The notes: generated by a model not told the origin, from the sequence alone. A stretch of 32,000 nucleotides of DNA from Candidatus Saccharimonadota bacterium (GCA_963718585.1 OY970357.1:750001-782000), one strand, 5' to 3'. Positions 8,011-16,519 are shown, numbered from the stretch's first letter. A program made the numbers and translations.

Positions 8011-8425
8011 CGCTACTTGTGCAGAGGTTCATTATGATCTGCGTCCAAAAAAAGTAGTCCCCATATGGAAGCCCAACCGAGGCATTAAATGCATCTCCAG
8101 CCGGACCTCCGTTTGTTGATTGGCAAAATCCGGTACTCGCATCGTACATTGCGTCCTGAGATTGATCTTGGGCCCCTCCGTCTAATGGACAAATGCAGCG
8201 AATACCGTTAAAAGACCCTCCACTCAGTTCGCAATTATAGCGAATGGGGCCCGTCAGAACCGATTGAGTATTGGGAGCATTTTGGGAGCTCTGCGTCTCA
8301 GTATCTACGTGAGGACTTGAAGAGGCGTTGAGCCACTTCCATGCCATCGTGAAAAACATTCCACCGATGACAACGAGGACTACGACGCAGACCAAAATGT
8401 AAAGTTTTTTTTTATAGAGAGACAT
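7934..8425 (-). CDS. Small Cys-rich secreted or anchored protein with an internally duplicated C-x-SGG-x3-G-x2-CICP motif
   Basis: The ATG at 8425 (MSLYKKKLYILVCVVVLVVIGGMFF) is preferred over the TTG at 8470 because a promoter-like element lies in 8435-8463. The ectodomain has 8 Cys. CELSGGSFNGIRCICP and CTSSGGNISGVACICP are duplicates. Confidence 0.65.
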   Translation of the reverse strand: MSLYKKKLYILVCVVVLVVIGGMFFTMAWKWLNASSSPHVDTETQSSQNAPNTQSVLTGPIRYNCELSGGSFNGIRCICPLDGGAQDQSQDAMYDASTGFCQSTNGGPAGDAFNASVGLPYGDYFFWTQIIMNLCTSSGGNISGVACICPAQKTYRKTTGRCE

Positions 8426-8434
8426 GCGCTGATT

Positions 8435-8463
8435 AACGTATAGCGGGTTCACCTTAAAGTCAA
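8435..8463 (-). promoter_or_regulatory. Candidate promoter of the Cys-rich protein gene (very short or no leader)
   Basis: Minus strand reads TTGACT (8463-8458), 17-nt spacer, TACGTT (8440-8435). The ATG at 8425 is about 10 nt downstream of the -10 element. Confidence 0.35.
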
Positions 8464-8595
8464 CTGACAATTATTGCCATGGCTCCTTTTTGGATTAAGC
8501 TTCTGTGACTTGAGACAGTCTCGAGATGCAGCGCTCCCTAGTAAAAATGATTTAAGGATGCGCTGCATGGTTCGTACGTACATTTGGAGGTTATC

Positions 8596-10416
8596 ATGAG
8601 ACGGATATGGGCTACTCTCTTGTTACTTCTCTTGACCATTGCATCAGTCGATTGCAATGAAAGACGACCCTTCGACAACCAAAAAACCGTGACGTCCACC
8701 TCGCATCTCCTAACTCTGAGTGAACTCACATACCCGCTGTCTTCCATGAATGCATGGACCGATGCCAACTATGGTGCGTGCGGTTCGTACTATTTCACAG
8801 GCCTGTGTCACAACGGCGCCGATATTTACGCAAGTGAGGGCACGCCCGTATATGCGATTACGGCTGGAACAATCGTCGCCAGAAGCGACGCACAAAACGC
8901 GACCTGCAGCTCCGGATGGGGCCAGACAGGAGGTACCTGCAATATGGCGCTTGCCATTCGACATTACGACTCGAACGGCCTGCCGTTCATCGCAATATAT
9001 GGCCATCTGCGCGACGACACGACCATAGGGGCCGGCACCACAGTTACAGCGGGTCAGCAGATAGGAGTCATTGGTAATTGGCCATATGGTGAGCATTTAC
9101 ACTTCGGCATCGTTCCCGGAGCTAGCGTGCCAAATTCGGGATGGGGCAGGACGTCTTGTGCAAGCAACCAAGACTCGAGCACTACGTACCCAAGCGGATG
9201 TTCTTCCAACGGCTTCCTGCCCCCAGGGACGTTCATTACAGAGCACTTCACCCCGAGCGCCCCCTTTTCACATCACGATCCTCCAACGGTTTGCGCCAAC
9301 GAGCCAACACCGGACGGATCATGGTACTACAGCTGTTCGCAGCAGAGCTTTTTCGAGGAAGGAGAGCCCGTCTGGGTCTTGCTGCGGTTGTACGACGTCA
9401 CGGCTAATCATCAATTCAGAGTCAAAGCGTATAAGGACGACGTATACCAATGGGACTGGACGACTGACATGAACAACGTGTCGGGCACATGGCAATACAG
9501 TCATTTCTGGCCGGAGCTCATTGACTCCACTACGGGCAAATGGAGATTCGACCTTTACGTCGTTCCTGAGGGACAGCCAGAGATCTACGTGGACAGCGCT
9601 CGCTTCGAGATAGTGCCTCAGGGCACACTCTATGAGCAGGGCGGAGGCGGACTATCTCTCGGTTACCCCGGCGTGGAATATACCTATGACGGCAATGGAT
9701 ACACGTGCGCGGCGCCAATCGAGGGAAGTGCGGGCACGAATTGGGTGTATACATGCGGCGAGCCTCGCTCGACATTCGAGGACGGCGAGACCGTCAATGC
9801 GCTGGTTCGCATAGATAACGTCAATGCGAACTTCCGTTTCTCGACGGATGTCTACAAGGACGGCGTCTACCAATGGACTGCATCGACGGGATGGAATGAC
9901 GTCGGTCAGTGGGGCTGGTCGAAGTACTACTACCCGATCACCATGCAAGATGCACAACCGGGCAACTGGGAATTCCGCGTCTCCGCAGATGAAGGGTACG
10001 GTTTCGAGCTTCTCGACACATTGAACTTCACCGTGAACCCACCTCCTCCATACCAGTACGTCGGCGATCTCGTCACGTGCCGGGGTCCGGTCACTGGTGG
10101 TGCGGACACGAACTGGGTGTATACGTGCGAGAATCCAACAAGCACATTCAACCTCAACGATCCGGCAGTCGCGTTAATCCGTATCAACAACGTAAACACA
10201 AACTTCCGTTGGAAGGTGGACATCTACGCAAATGGAGCCTACCAATGGGGATATACGACGGATTGGAATGATGTCGGTCAGTGGGGCTGGGACAAAACCT
10301 ACCTCTGGCCAACGACCGGCTCTGTCTGGATCGCAGGTTCTTGGGAGTACAAAATCTATATAGACACTGGAAACGGCTTCCAATACGTGGACTCCGCGTA
10401 CTTCTCGGTCAACTAG
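8596..10416 (+). CDS. Secreted M23 (LytM-type) metallopeptidase with three C-terminal tandem modules of unknown family
   Basis: GGAGG lies 7 nt before the ATG at 8596; the track starts at a TTG at 8584. Signal peptide MRRIWATLLLLLLTIASV. M23 zinc motifs HNGAD (HxxxD) and HLHFG (HxH), plus GTPVYAITAGTIV and AIYGHL. Three ~110-aa repeats follow. Confidence 0.9.
   Translation: MRRIWATLLLLLLTIASVDCNERRPFDNQKTVTSTSHLLTLSELTYPLSSMNAWTDANYGACGSYYFTGLCHNGADIYASEGTPVYAITAGTIVARSDAQNATCSSGWGQTGGTCNMALAIRHYDSNGLPFIAIYGHLRDDTTIGAGTTVTAGQQIGVIGNWPYGEHLHFGIVPGASVPNSGWGRTSCASNQDSSTTYPSGCSSNGFLPPGTFITEHFTPSAPFSHHDPPTVCANEPTPDGSWYYSCSQQSFFEEGEPVWVLLRLYDVTANHQFRVKAYKDDVYQWDWTTDMNNVSGTWQYSHFWPELIDSTTGKWRFDLYVVPEGQPEIYVDSARFEIVPQGTLYEQGGGGLSLGYPGVEYTYDGNGYTCAAPIEGSAGTNWVYTCGEPRSTFEDGETVNALVRIDNVNANFRFSTDVYKDGVYQWTASTGWNDVGQWGWSKYYYPITMQDAQPGNWEFRVSADEGYGFELLDTLNFTVNPPPPYQYVGDLVTCRGPVTGGADTNWVYTCENPTSTFNLNDPAVALIRINNVNTNFRWKVDIYANGAYQWGYTTDWNDVGQWGWDKTYLWPTTGSVWIAGSWEYKIYIDTGNGFQYVDSAYFSVN
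9292..10413 (+). repeat. Three tandem ~110-aa protein modules (9292-9615, 9706-10038, 10078-10413) inside the M23 gene
   Basis: Shared pattern: C-x(7-9)-(S/N)W(Y/V)Y(S/T)C-x(3-4)-S-x-F...(L/I)(R/Y)(L/I)-(Y/D/N)(D/N)V-x-(A/T)N-x-(Q/R)F...(V/A)YQW...G-x-W(E/R)(F/Y)...F-x-(I/V). Copies 2 and 3 add WNDVGQWGW. They also share the DNA string tcggtcagtggggctgg (9903 and 10275). Confidence 0.8.
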
Positions 10417-10435
10417 GGCATTAGCGCCCACTCTC

Positions 10436-10464
10436 AGGCACCGTCTTTATGTCGGTGCCTTTTT
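10436..10464 (+). terminator. Rho-independent terminator after the M23 gene
   Basis: aggcaccg (10436-10443) / cggtgcct (10453-10460), 9-nt loop, then a T-run. Confidence 0.7.
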
Positions 10465-10525
10465 AAATATTTCAAAAGGAAATACCATCATTGTATAGGC
10501 TCGAATATGATAGACCACGAAGGTC

Positions 10526-10554
10526 TTGCAACAATCAGGAAATGGTGGTAATTT
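10526..10554 (+). promoter_or_regulatory. Sigma70-like promoter of tRNA-Asp
   Basis: TTGCAA (10526-10531), 17-nt spacer, extended -10 TGgTAATTT (10546-10554). The tRNA starts about 28 nt downstream of the -10 element. Confidence 0.5.
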
Positions 10555-10581
10555 TCCGCCACAATTTCAGACCCCACGCAT

Positions 10582-10659
10582 GGGTGCGTGGTGTAGCCCG
10601 GTTAACACGTCTCCCTGTCACGGAGAAGATCGAGGGTTCGAATCCCTTCGCACCCGCCA
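10582..10659 (+). tRNA. tRNA-Asp (anticodon GTC), CCA encoded
   Basis: Hand-folded cloverleaf. Acceptor GGGTGCG/CGCACCC. D stem GTGT/ACAC. Anticodon stem TCTCC/GGAGA with loop CTGTCAC. 5-nt variable loop. T arm GAGGG-TTCGAAT-CCCTT. Discriminator G, then CCA. 78 nt in total. Confidence 0.95.
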
Positions 10660-10662
10660 TGG

Positions 10663-10692
10663 AAAACGCTTCACCTTTTGGTGAGGCGTTTT
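10663..10692 (+). terminator. Terminator hairpin after tRNA-Asp
   Basis: aaaacgcttcacc-tttt-ggtgaggcgtttt: 13-bp stem with one G:U pair, tetraloop, and a 3' T-run that forms part of the stem. Confidence 0.6.
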
Positions 10693-10770
10693 GCGTATGG
10701 TAGATAGCGAAGGGTTCGAACGGGCACAAAAAGACAAACGATCTTATCCTAAAATGCTATCCTATCCCCG

Positions 10771-11718
10771 ATGGTGGTCATGCGATGGCTCCAACCGTAC
10801 CTCCCCGACCTGATCTTCGGGCTGATTTGCGCACTCCTCCTCTGGCTTACGCGCCCCGCGTATCTCGCCTTCACGCGTCGGCGGAGCGGCTTCGGAACCG
10901 TCTTCAACAGCCACACCGGCGCACCCGAGGCGCTTGCGACCGTGACACTCAAAGACCTGCATGGCCAGTCCGTCCGCTCGGCGGTCACGGACAAGCAGGG
11001 ACGCTATCGCATCGTCGCGCCCAAAGGCGACTACATCGTGGACGTGAAGAAGTTCGGCTACGTCTATCCTTCCAAGCTCCTCGGAAAGAGCGCAGCGACG
11101 ACATTGTATGACGACCTCCTGACCGCGCGACACATCATCGTGAATGACGTCGGGGCGATCACGAAGAACATCGCGATCGATCCGCCGGTGACCAAAGGCC
11201 ACGCGCGCGTCGCCGCGAAGTCATTCGTCTTGCCCAAGGTCGTACAAGAGACGCTGTCTCTCCTCGGACCCGCCGGGGCGCTCGCGTATGCATACGTCCA
11301 GGATCGCGCGCTCCCCTGGTCGATCCTCGTCGTGTATCTCGGCGTCATGGTCTCGCGCCTCGCGTCGTTCAAGCCTCCGCGCCCGCCGTTCGGGACGATC
11401 CGCGATGCCGTGAACAAAGGACCGGTCCAGGGCGCGGCCGTCCGCATCATCGACACGAAATTCAATAAGCTCCTCGAGACGCAGATGACATCGCCGAAGG
11501 GACGGTATGCCTTCGTGGTCAAACCCGGCTCGTATCGCATCCTCATCACCAAGCCCGGGTATCACGGTGTGATGATGAACTTCCCGCGCATCCAACAGGA
11601 CGCCTACCTTCTGGCCAAGGATGTGATGCTCAAGCGCGCGACCAAGAAAAAGACGGCTGCACCGGCCGTCACGGAGCTTGAAGCGCATCTACCGCCGGCG
11701 GCGTATCAAGAGGCGTGA
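10771..11718 (+). CDS. Membrane protein with two carboxypeptidase-regulatory-like (prealbumin-fold) domains
   Basis: 315 aa. N-terminal helix LIFGLICALLLWLTRPAYLAF. Domain 1: GTVFNSHTGAPEALATVTLKDLHGQSVRSAVTDKQGRYRIVAPKGDYIVDVKKFGY. Two central helices. Domain 2: GTIRDAVNKGPVQGAAVRIIDTKFNKLLETQMTSPKGRYAFVVKPGSYRILITKPGY. The start could instead be the ATG at 10780. Confidence 0.8.
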   Translation: MVVMRWLQPYLPDLIFGLICALLLWLTRPAYLAFTRRRSGFGTVFNSHTGAPEALATVTLKDLHGQSVRSAVTDKQGRYRIVAPKGDYIVDVKKFGYVYPSKLLGKSAATTLYDDLLTARHIIVNDVGAITKNIAIDPPVTKGHARVAAKSFVLPKVVQETLSLLGPAGALAYAYVQDRALPWSILVVYLGVMVSRLASFKPPRPPFGTIRDAVNKGPVQGAAVRIIDTKFNKLLETQMTSPKGRYAFVVKPGSYRILITKPGYHGVMMNFPRIQQDAYLLAKDVMLKRATKKKTAAPAVTELEAHLPPAAYQEA

Positions 11719-11746
11719 CCTTCCGTCGCGCCCGAACGACCGGTCT

Positions 11747-13201
11747 TTAAGTGACCTCTCGCACTTCGACGAGATTCACTCTTCCAGAAACGCCGACAGG
11801 ATCACCCGCGACAACGATGATCTTATCGCCCTTTTTAAGGACCCGCTTCGTCTGGAGTACCCGGACAGAATGCTTCACAAGCGCATCCAACGACGCAGCA
11901 CGCGGAAGGAGAAAGGGCCGCACCCCCCAGGAAAGTGCCATTTGTCGTTCGACCCGTTTATCATTCGTCGCGGCGTAGATCTCCAATTGAGGACGATGCC
12001 GGCTGACGAGCCGCGCCGCATTTCCAGACAAGGATGCGACGAGGATGAGCTTCGCCCTGACCCCCTGCGCCAGAATGCTCGCGACATCAGTGATCCCCTC
12101 ATCCGTCGTTCGTTCCGAACCGTCCGTGTGAGGAAGCAGATCGTCATATGTCGAAGCCTCCGTCTCCTGCACGATCTTTGCCATGGTCCGTACGGTCTCG
12201 ATCGGATATTTTCCAGCTGCCGTCTCCCCCGAAAGCATCACCGCATCCGTATGATCGATCACCGCGTTCGCGACATCCGAGACCTCCGCACGCGTCGGTC
12301 GCGGATTCCGGATCATGGAATCGAGCATCTGCGTCGCCACGATGACCGGTTTCGCCGCCGCTAAACATTTCTCGATGAGCATTTTTTGGATCAACGGCAC
12401 TTCTTCCGCCGGCATCTCGATCCCCAAGTCCCCGCGCGCGACCATGATCCCATCCGCCGCCTTGATGATCTCATCGATATTCTTGACCGCGTCCGGCTTC
12501 TCGATCTTCGCGATGATCCGGATCGGATAAGCATGCTTATGCATCACATCAAGCTCATCCTGCGCCGCCTGGATCAACCGGCGAAGCGCGCGGATCTCTT
12601 TGGCCGTGCGGACAAAAGAGAGCGCCACCCAATCGACGTGCTGGATCACCCCGAACCTGGCATCATCCCGGTCTTTGTCCGTGATCGCCGCGACCGAGAG
12701 CTTCGTGTGCGGAAAGTTCATGCCCTTATGAGAAGTGAGCATGCCGCCGTCCACGACGGTGCACGTGATCTCTTTCCCACGGACACGATCGACCGTTGCG
12801 GAGAGGAGTCCGTCATCCAGCAAAAGCTTCTCCCCCTTCTTCACGTCTAGGTGCAAACGCTTATACGTCACGGGCAATTTCATCTTCGCGATATCCGGCT
12901 TTCCGGTCGTGAAGATGATCTGTTTCCCCGGCGTGAGTTTCACCCCTTCTTTCGGCAGCTCCCCCACGCGGATCTTCGGTCCTTGAAGGTCCTGCAAGAT
13001 CGCGATCGGTCGATCAAGGTCCGTAGACGCCTTTCGCAAACGCTTCACGAGTTTTGCGTGCTCCTCATGCGTCCCATGGGAAAAATTGAGACGCGCGACA
13101 TTCATCCCGGATCGAAGGAGGTTGGTGATCTTTTCCGTCGTATCGGTCGCGGGCCCGATGGTGCAGACGATCTTGGTCCGTTTGTGTGGAGTGTGGGGCA
13201 T
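11747..13201 (-). CDS. pyk: Pyruvate kinase
   Basis: KRTKIVCTIGPATDT...MNVARLNFSHGTHEEH...IIAKIE...IMVARGDLGIEMP...ATQMLDSM. The track ORF extends to 13297 and into htrA. The internal ATG at 13201 (MPHTPHKRTKIVCTIGP) gives a canonical N-terminus 7 nt after the htrA stop. Confidence 0.95.
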   Translation of the reverse strand: MPHTPHKRTKIVCTIGPATDTTEKITNLLRSGMNVARLNFSHGTHEEHAKLVKRLRKASTDLDRPIAILQDLQGPKIRVGELPKEGVKLTPGKQIIFTTGKPDIAKMKLPVTYKRLHLDVKKGEKLLLDDGLLSATVDRVRGKEITCTVVDGGMLTSHKGMNFPHTKLSVAAITDKDRDDARFGVIQHVDWVALSFVRTAKEIRALRRLIQAAQDELDVMHKHAYPIRIIAKIEKPDAVKNIDEIIKAADGIMVARGDLGIEMPAEEVPLIQKMLIEKCLAAAKPVIVATQMLDSMIRNPRPTRAEVSDVANAVIDHTDAVMLSGETAAGKYPIETVRTMAKIVQETEASTYDDLLPHTDGSERTTDEGITDVASILAQGVRAKLILVASLSGNAARLVSRHRPQLEIYAATNDKRVERQMALSWGVRPFLLPRAASLDALVKHSVRVLQTKRVLKKGDKIIVVAGDPVGVSGRVNLVEVREVT

Positions 13202-13208
13202 AAAAAGG

Positions 13209-14480
13209 TCACTTTTTGAGTTCAACAAGGGTCGTGGTCGCCGTCTGGGTCGTTCCGTCACGGTCGTACGAAAGCGTGATCTCATCACCGGGTGCATGCG
13301 CCCCGATCAATCCGGCCAATGAATGCGCATCATTCACATCCGTCCCGTCGACCGACAAGATGACATCCCCCTCCTTCAGACCCGCCGTAGCTGCCGGTGA
13401 ATCGACAGTGATCGCCGGCGTATCCTTGGTCGAACCACTGACGATCAACGCGCCATGATCGACCTTCAGTTTTTCCGACTTCACCACGTCCGGTGTGACG
13501 AGGACGTACCGAACACCGAGGAATGGACGGACGATCCGACCCGTACGATCCAGACTTTGGAGATCACGGAGGATCGCCGTTGACGGAAGGGCGAATCCGA
13601 TGGACTGCCCCTGATCCGAGACCGCCGTGTTCATCCCAACGACCATTCCGTCGAGATCTAAAAGCGGCCCGCCGGAGTTGCCTGGATTGATCGCCGCGTC
13701 GGTCTGGATCGCCTCTTCGATCACCTCCGTATCCGAGTAATCCCCGGCAATGAATGTCCGATTGAGGCCGGAGACGACACCCTTGGTGACGGTGTTCTGG
13801 AACTCGCCGAGCGCATTCCCGATCGCGATGACGGTCTGACCCGGGACGAGTTTTGTGGAATCTCCGATCGGGAGCGCCGGCGTCCCCGTGGCATCTACCT
13901 TCAAGAAGGCAAGATCAAGAAGCGGATCCGCCGCAAGGACCGTGGCCGGAAGTCGACGGCCGTCCGCCATGACCACCTCAAACGTTGGAGCTTCCCCATA
14001 ATCCGGATGTTCGACCACGTGGCGATTCGTCGCGATGATGCCGTCGTTCGAAACGAAGAATCCGGAACCGCCTCCGACCTGTTGGATGTCGGGCGTGCTC
14101 GAACCGTTCGCAGGCGGCGGCGTCATGCTCGGAAAACCGGGCCCACCAAACGGATCACTGGATGCCGGCAGCGTGTTGACGTCTGCATTGATGACCACGG
14201 CGACGACGCTTTGCTCTACCCGCTTGACGACACCGACCGTCTCCGCGTCTTCTTCATGAAGGGCGCTGGACGGAACGAGCATGCGCGACGTGGTCGACAC
14301 CGTCCCCGGCGAGATATGCGGGACCAAAAAATCGAGCCACTCCATGCGAACGCCTGGAAGCCCTATGAGGACAACCGTACACACGATCACACTCGTCACG
14401 ATCGAGACGAGGATCGAATGATGCGTCGGCGGTTGTGACGGCGGGACGGACCTTTCCTCCATAGGTCCGCAGTGTAGCAC
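13209..14480 (-). CDS. htrA: HtrA/DegP-family serine protease with one PDZ domain
   Basis: N-terminal anchor helix. Triad contexts ATNRHVV (His), DLAFLKV (Asp) and INPGNSGGPLLD (Ser). PDZ: GLKEGDVILSVDGTDVND. The start may be the ATG at 14462 (MEERS). Confidence 0.9.
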   Translation of the reverse strand: MLHCGPMEERSVPPSQPPTHHSILVSIVTSVIVCTVVLIGLPGVRMEWLDFLVPHISPGTVSTTSRMLVPSSALHEEDAETVGVVKRVEQSVVAVVINADVNTLPASSDPFGGPGFPSMTPPPANGSSTPDIQQVGGGSGFFVSNDGIIATNRHVVEHPDYGEAPTFEVVMADGRRLPATVLAADPLLDLAFLKVDATGTPALPIGDSTKLVPGQTVIAIGNALGEFQNTVTKGVVSGLNRTFIAGDYSDTEVIEEAIQTDAAINPGNSGGPLLDLDGMVVGMNTAVSDQGQSIGFALPSTAILRDLQSLDRTGRIVRPFLGVRYVLVTPDVVKSEKLKVDHGALIVSGSTKDTPAITVDSPAATAGLKEGDVILSVDGTDVNDAHSLAGLIGAHAPGDEITLSYDRDGTTQTATTTLVELKK

Positions 14481-14495
14481 TCGTGCACGTCGTCG

Positions 14496-14996
14496 TCAGC
14501 GACGATTGCGCGGCCGACGGCCGAGAGCACGCGCATGATCGATCGGTTTGCCATTCAACCGCGCGAGCTCCTTGTGGAAGGATTCCACATCTTCGAACTG
14601 TCGATAGACGGACGCGAACCGGATATACGCGACCTTGTCGAATTCCTTCAGACGATTCATGACCACCTCGCCGACGTCTGCGCTCGTCAATTGGTCGGCC
14701 TTCATGCGTTGGATGTCCCGTTCGATGCCGTTCACGAGCGTGCGGAATGCCGCGTCCGTCACCGGACGTTTTTCCAGCGCCTTCTTGAGACCGTGCTCCA
14801 TCTTGTCCCGCGAATAGGATTCGCGGCTTCCGTCGCGTTTCACGACCGTCAGCCCCAAGAGCTCGATCTCCTCGGTCGTCGAAAAACGGTACCCGCAATG
14901 CTCGCATTCCCGGCGACGGCGGATCGCGGAGCCGTCCGCGACCAAGCGCGAATCCACGACCTTCGTATCTTCATCGTTGCAGACCGGACAATGCAT
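14496..14996 (-). CDS. nrdR: Transcriptional repressor NrdR (zinc ribbon + ATP-cone)
   Basis: MHCPVCNDEDTKVVDSRLVADGSAIRRRRECEHCGYRFSTTEEIE, followed by ATP-cone sequence. Confidence 0.95.
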   Translation of the reverse strand: MHCPVCNDEDTKVVDSRLVADGSAIRRRRECEHCGYRFSTTEEIELLGLTVVKRDGSRESYSRDKMEHGLKKALEKRPVTDAAFRTLVNGIERDIQRMKADQLTSADVGEVVMNRLKEFDKVAYIRFASVYRQFEDVESFHKELARLNGKPIDHARALGRRPRNRR

Positions 14997-15054
14997 ATCT
15001 GGAAGAAAAGCGTAGCAGTTTATCCGCGCGGCACAAAGCGAGGAGGTGGCGGTA

Positions 15055-15093
15055 CATAAAAGAAGAGGATCGAGTCGAGACCCGGTCCTCTTC
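15055..15093 (-). terminator. Candidate terminator after ftsZ
   Basis: On the minus strand: gaagagga (15093-15086), 16-nt loop, tcctcttc (15069-15062), then TTTTAT. It begins 7 nt after the ftsZ stop. The large loop lowers confidence. Confidence 0.45.
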
Positions 15094-15099
15094 GTTCGA

Positions 15100-16425
15100 T
15101 CACATCATCTTCTTTCGGATGAACGCTGGGATCTCCAGCTCATCCTCTTCGGACGACTTCGCCGGCATCCGCGGAGGCGGTGAAGCGGGCGGGCGCTGTG
15201 GCTGCGGCGGCGCGTAGGTCGGCGGCTGGACATGCGGTTGATGCGCGGCCGGTGCCGGGGCTGGCTCAGGTTTGAATGCCGGTTTTTCTGGAACGTTCGA
15301 TGCCGGCGCTTCGATCGGAGCATGCTTGGGTTCGGGCGTCGCGGCTCTCCCAGGCGGCGGCGGGACATGACGACCGGAAAACGACATCGGTTCAAGTGGT
15401 TCTGAGGGACGGGAGCTTGGCGAAAACGCACCGGACGCGAACGCAGCTTTCGGCTTGGACCCGGCTGGACGTGCGCTCTCGAATCCTGTGGCAATGACCG
15501 TGACCTTCACCTCGTCCTTCAGGGCTTCATCAATGATCGCGCCGAAGATCACTTTGGCATTCGGATCTGTCGATTGCGTGATGACCTTCGCCGCTTCAGA
15601 GACCTCATACATCCCGAGATTCGATCCGCCGGTGAGCGTGAAAAGGATCCCCTTCGCCCCATCGATCGAGATCTCGAGGAGGGGTGAAGCGATCGCTCCC
15701 TTCGCCGCATCGACAGCACGATTCTCACCGGATCCGCGACCGATTCCCATGAGGGCAGAACCGCGATTCTGCATGATCGCACGGACATCCGCAAAGTCGA
15801 CGTTGACGAGACCAGGAACGGTGATCAATTCCGAGATACCCTGCACTGCCTGACGCAACACGTCATCTACGATCTCGAACGCATCGAGCAACGAGGTCTT
15901 CCGATCGATGATCTGCAGGACGCGGTCATTCGGGATCGTGATGATCGTATCCACGACCTCACTCATCCGCTCGTGCGCCGCTTCTGCGATGTTCCGCCGT
16001 TGCGCTCCTTCGAACATGAACGGCCGTGTCACGACGGCAACGGTGAGCGCGCCAAGTTCTTTGGCGATCTCCGCGACCTTCGGTCCGGCGCCGGAACCCG
16101 TTCCTCCGCCGAGACCGCACGTGACGAATACCATGTCCGCCCCTTTCAATGCCTCGGCGATCTCTTCATGACTTTCTTCTGCCGCACGATGTCCGGTCTC
16201 TGGATCCATCCCCGCACCGAGCCCGCGGGTGATCGTCTTTCCGATATGGATCTTCACGGACGCTGCCGAATGATGGAGCGCCTGGACATCCGTATTCATC
16301 GCGATGAATTCAACGCCACGGATCTTCGACGCGATCATCCGATTGATCGCCGAACCGCCGGATCCGCCGACGCCGACCACTTTGATCTTTGCGAATGTCT
16401 CGATCTCAGGTTTGATCTCAGCCAT
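15100..16425 (-). CDS. ftsZ: Cell division GTPase FtsZ
   Basis: [14 protein letters not shown], the tubulin signature [12 protein letters not shown], and NVDFADV. Long Pro-rich linker. Conserved C-terminal peptide [12 protein letters not shown]. Confidence 0.97.
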   Translation of the reverse strand: MAEIKPEIETFAKIKVVGVGGSGGSAINRMIASKIRGVEFIAMNTDVQALHHSAASVKIHIGKTITRGLGAGMDPETGHRAAEESHEEIAEALKGADMVFVTCGLGGGTGSGAGPKVAEIAKELGALTVAVVTRPFMFEGAQRRNIAEAAHERMSEVVDTIITIPNDRVLQIIDRKTSLLDAFEIVDDVLRQAVQGISELITVPGLVNVDFADVRAIMQNRGSALMGIGRGSGENRAVDAAKGAIASPLLEISIDGAKGILFTLTGGSNLGMYEVSEAAKVITQSTDPNAKVIFGAIIDEALKDEVKVTVIATGFESARPAGSKPKAAFASGAFSPSSRPSEPLEPMSFSGRHVPPPPGRAATPEPKHAPIEAPASNVPEKPAFKPEPAPAPAAHQPHVQPPTYAPPQPQRPPASPPPRMPAKSSEEDELEIPAFIRKKMM

Positions 16426-16489
16426 ATGTTTGAGTACAGAATTTGCTCATCTAAGGCTTCATTGAGCCACAAAAGTATCTTTCGCATCG

Positions 16490-16519
16490 AGCATACTCGT
16501 ATGTGCAAAGAACCGTCAA
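16490..16519 (-). promoter_or_regulatory. Candidate ftsZ promoter in the ftsA-ftsZ spacer
   Basis: Minus strand reads TTGACG (16519-16514), 18-nt spacer, TATGCT (16495-16490). This is about 65 nt upstream of the ftsZ ATG. Confidence 0.4.

Noticed and set aside
10711-10720. Second copy of the tRNA T-arm 10-mer agggttcgaa, 69 nt downstream of the first (10633-10642): possible att-site remnant of an integrated element
   Set aside because: Only 10 nt match and the flanks do not continue the tRNA 3' end. No integrase is present, and the lower-GC DNA lies on the other (5') side of the tRNA. Chance or a minor relic is the simpler explanation.
10491-10729. 70-aa and 64-aa ORFs over the tRNA region
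   Set aside because: They overlap a perfectly folding tRNA-Asp and its promoter and terminator, so they are spurious.
14254-14907. 217-aa minus-strand ORF spanning the nrdR-htrA junction
   Set aside because: It is out of frame with two unambiguous genes (nrdR and htrA) and is Arg-rich. It cannot coexist with them as a real CDS.
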